Of a DNA stretch of 36,877 nucleotides, positions 36,240-36,877 are shown in pieces (positions within the stretch are counted from its first letter, which is position 1; every line of letters starts with the position of its first letter). The position numbers and the translations under genes were made by a program. Source of the DNA: Basidiobolus ranarum (taxonomy: Eukaryota); assembly GCA_040143965.1 (NCBI GenBank), contig JASJQH010006931.1:1-36877 (forward strand). The letters are read 5' to 3'. Under the pieces are notes generated by a model. That model saw only the letters and a program-made list of their open reading frames with translations, was not told where the DNA came from and ran no database searches.

Positions 36240-36877
36240 ATAGTGGAAGTAGTTAATATATAAATATTCATCTTGTTAAGTGCCAAGAAAAGAATCACAC
36301 TTCTATGGAAATACTTATCGGTTGATCAATCCATGTGGCTTCATATTACTTACCACTTTCATACATCCCCTGATACCGTTGGTCATAGTGATACATATTT
36401 TATATTCCATTCTCAACATTGCTTTCATAATAAACCCCATGAAATCTTTGCGCTACCTTGTTGACATCTATTGCTACTAGTTCATGTTGAAATTAGCATT
36501 GCCTAAACACCTATATAGTCATATATAACTTAGTACTTAGTTATCTTATAATGAACTAAGATAGCATGCATTATTCTCATGAGGAATTTACTTAGAAGTT
36601 CTCAGATATATAGATTTTGATAACTTGTGCTAGAAGCCCCAAACTTTGCACACATGTTCCTGGGACCTTCCTTAACACATTCTATGTGTTTGTTTGGTTA
36701 CATCTTTACAAAACTATAAATGTCAGCTGAATACTCAATAGATCAACAAGTGAAAACCACCAATTTCTCTAATTCTCCAAACCACTTCCAACAGGCTCCC
36801 AAATACTTTAACAGGTTATGAGCCCCAAGCTTGCACTCTCTGTAATGTCTACTTCTCAAATCTATGGAACTTTTCCC

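Noticed and set aside
36273-36480. Short ORFs after the Yip1 gene
   Set aside because: Non-ATG starts, AT-rich UTR-like composition and no recognisable motifs.

Overview
Gene-dense, AT-rich eukaryotic nuclear DNA with many short (about 50-90 nt) GT-AG introns. Gene content (Ugo1, Kre9/KNH-like GPI proteins and an alpha-arrestin alongside PP4R1, cyclin Q and DHX29) points to an early-diverging fungus; that lineage call is an inference. In order: 5' part of an ABCC transporter (runs off the left edge), secreted RNase T2, Ugo1, PP4R1, a tandem duplication of about 2.6-2.7 kb (bacterial-type alpha/beta hydrolase plus GPI cell-wall protein), a small secreted protein, a WD40 protein, cyclin Q/FAM58, DHX29, a 2-TM hypothetical, alpha-arrestin, a small orphan ORF, cystinosin, a PAQR with a repetitive N-terminus, and a Yip1-family gene. 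No RNA genes, transposons or CRISPR arrays were seen. Strongest leads: (1) an otherwise intact RNase T2 with one in-frame TGA at the first conserved Cys; (2) a probable bacterial-origin hydrolase that now has an intron and a PTS1 (-AKL); (3) GPI paralogs whose exposed domain is far more diverged than their stalk, intron and promoter; (4) a secreted 90-aa protein that resembles Streptomyces rodlins/chaplins. All exon models and family calls were made by eye, with no database searches.
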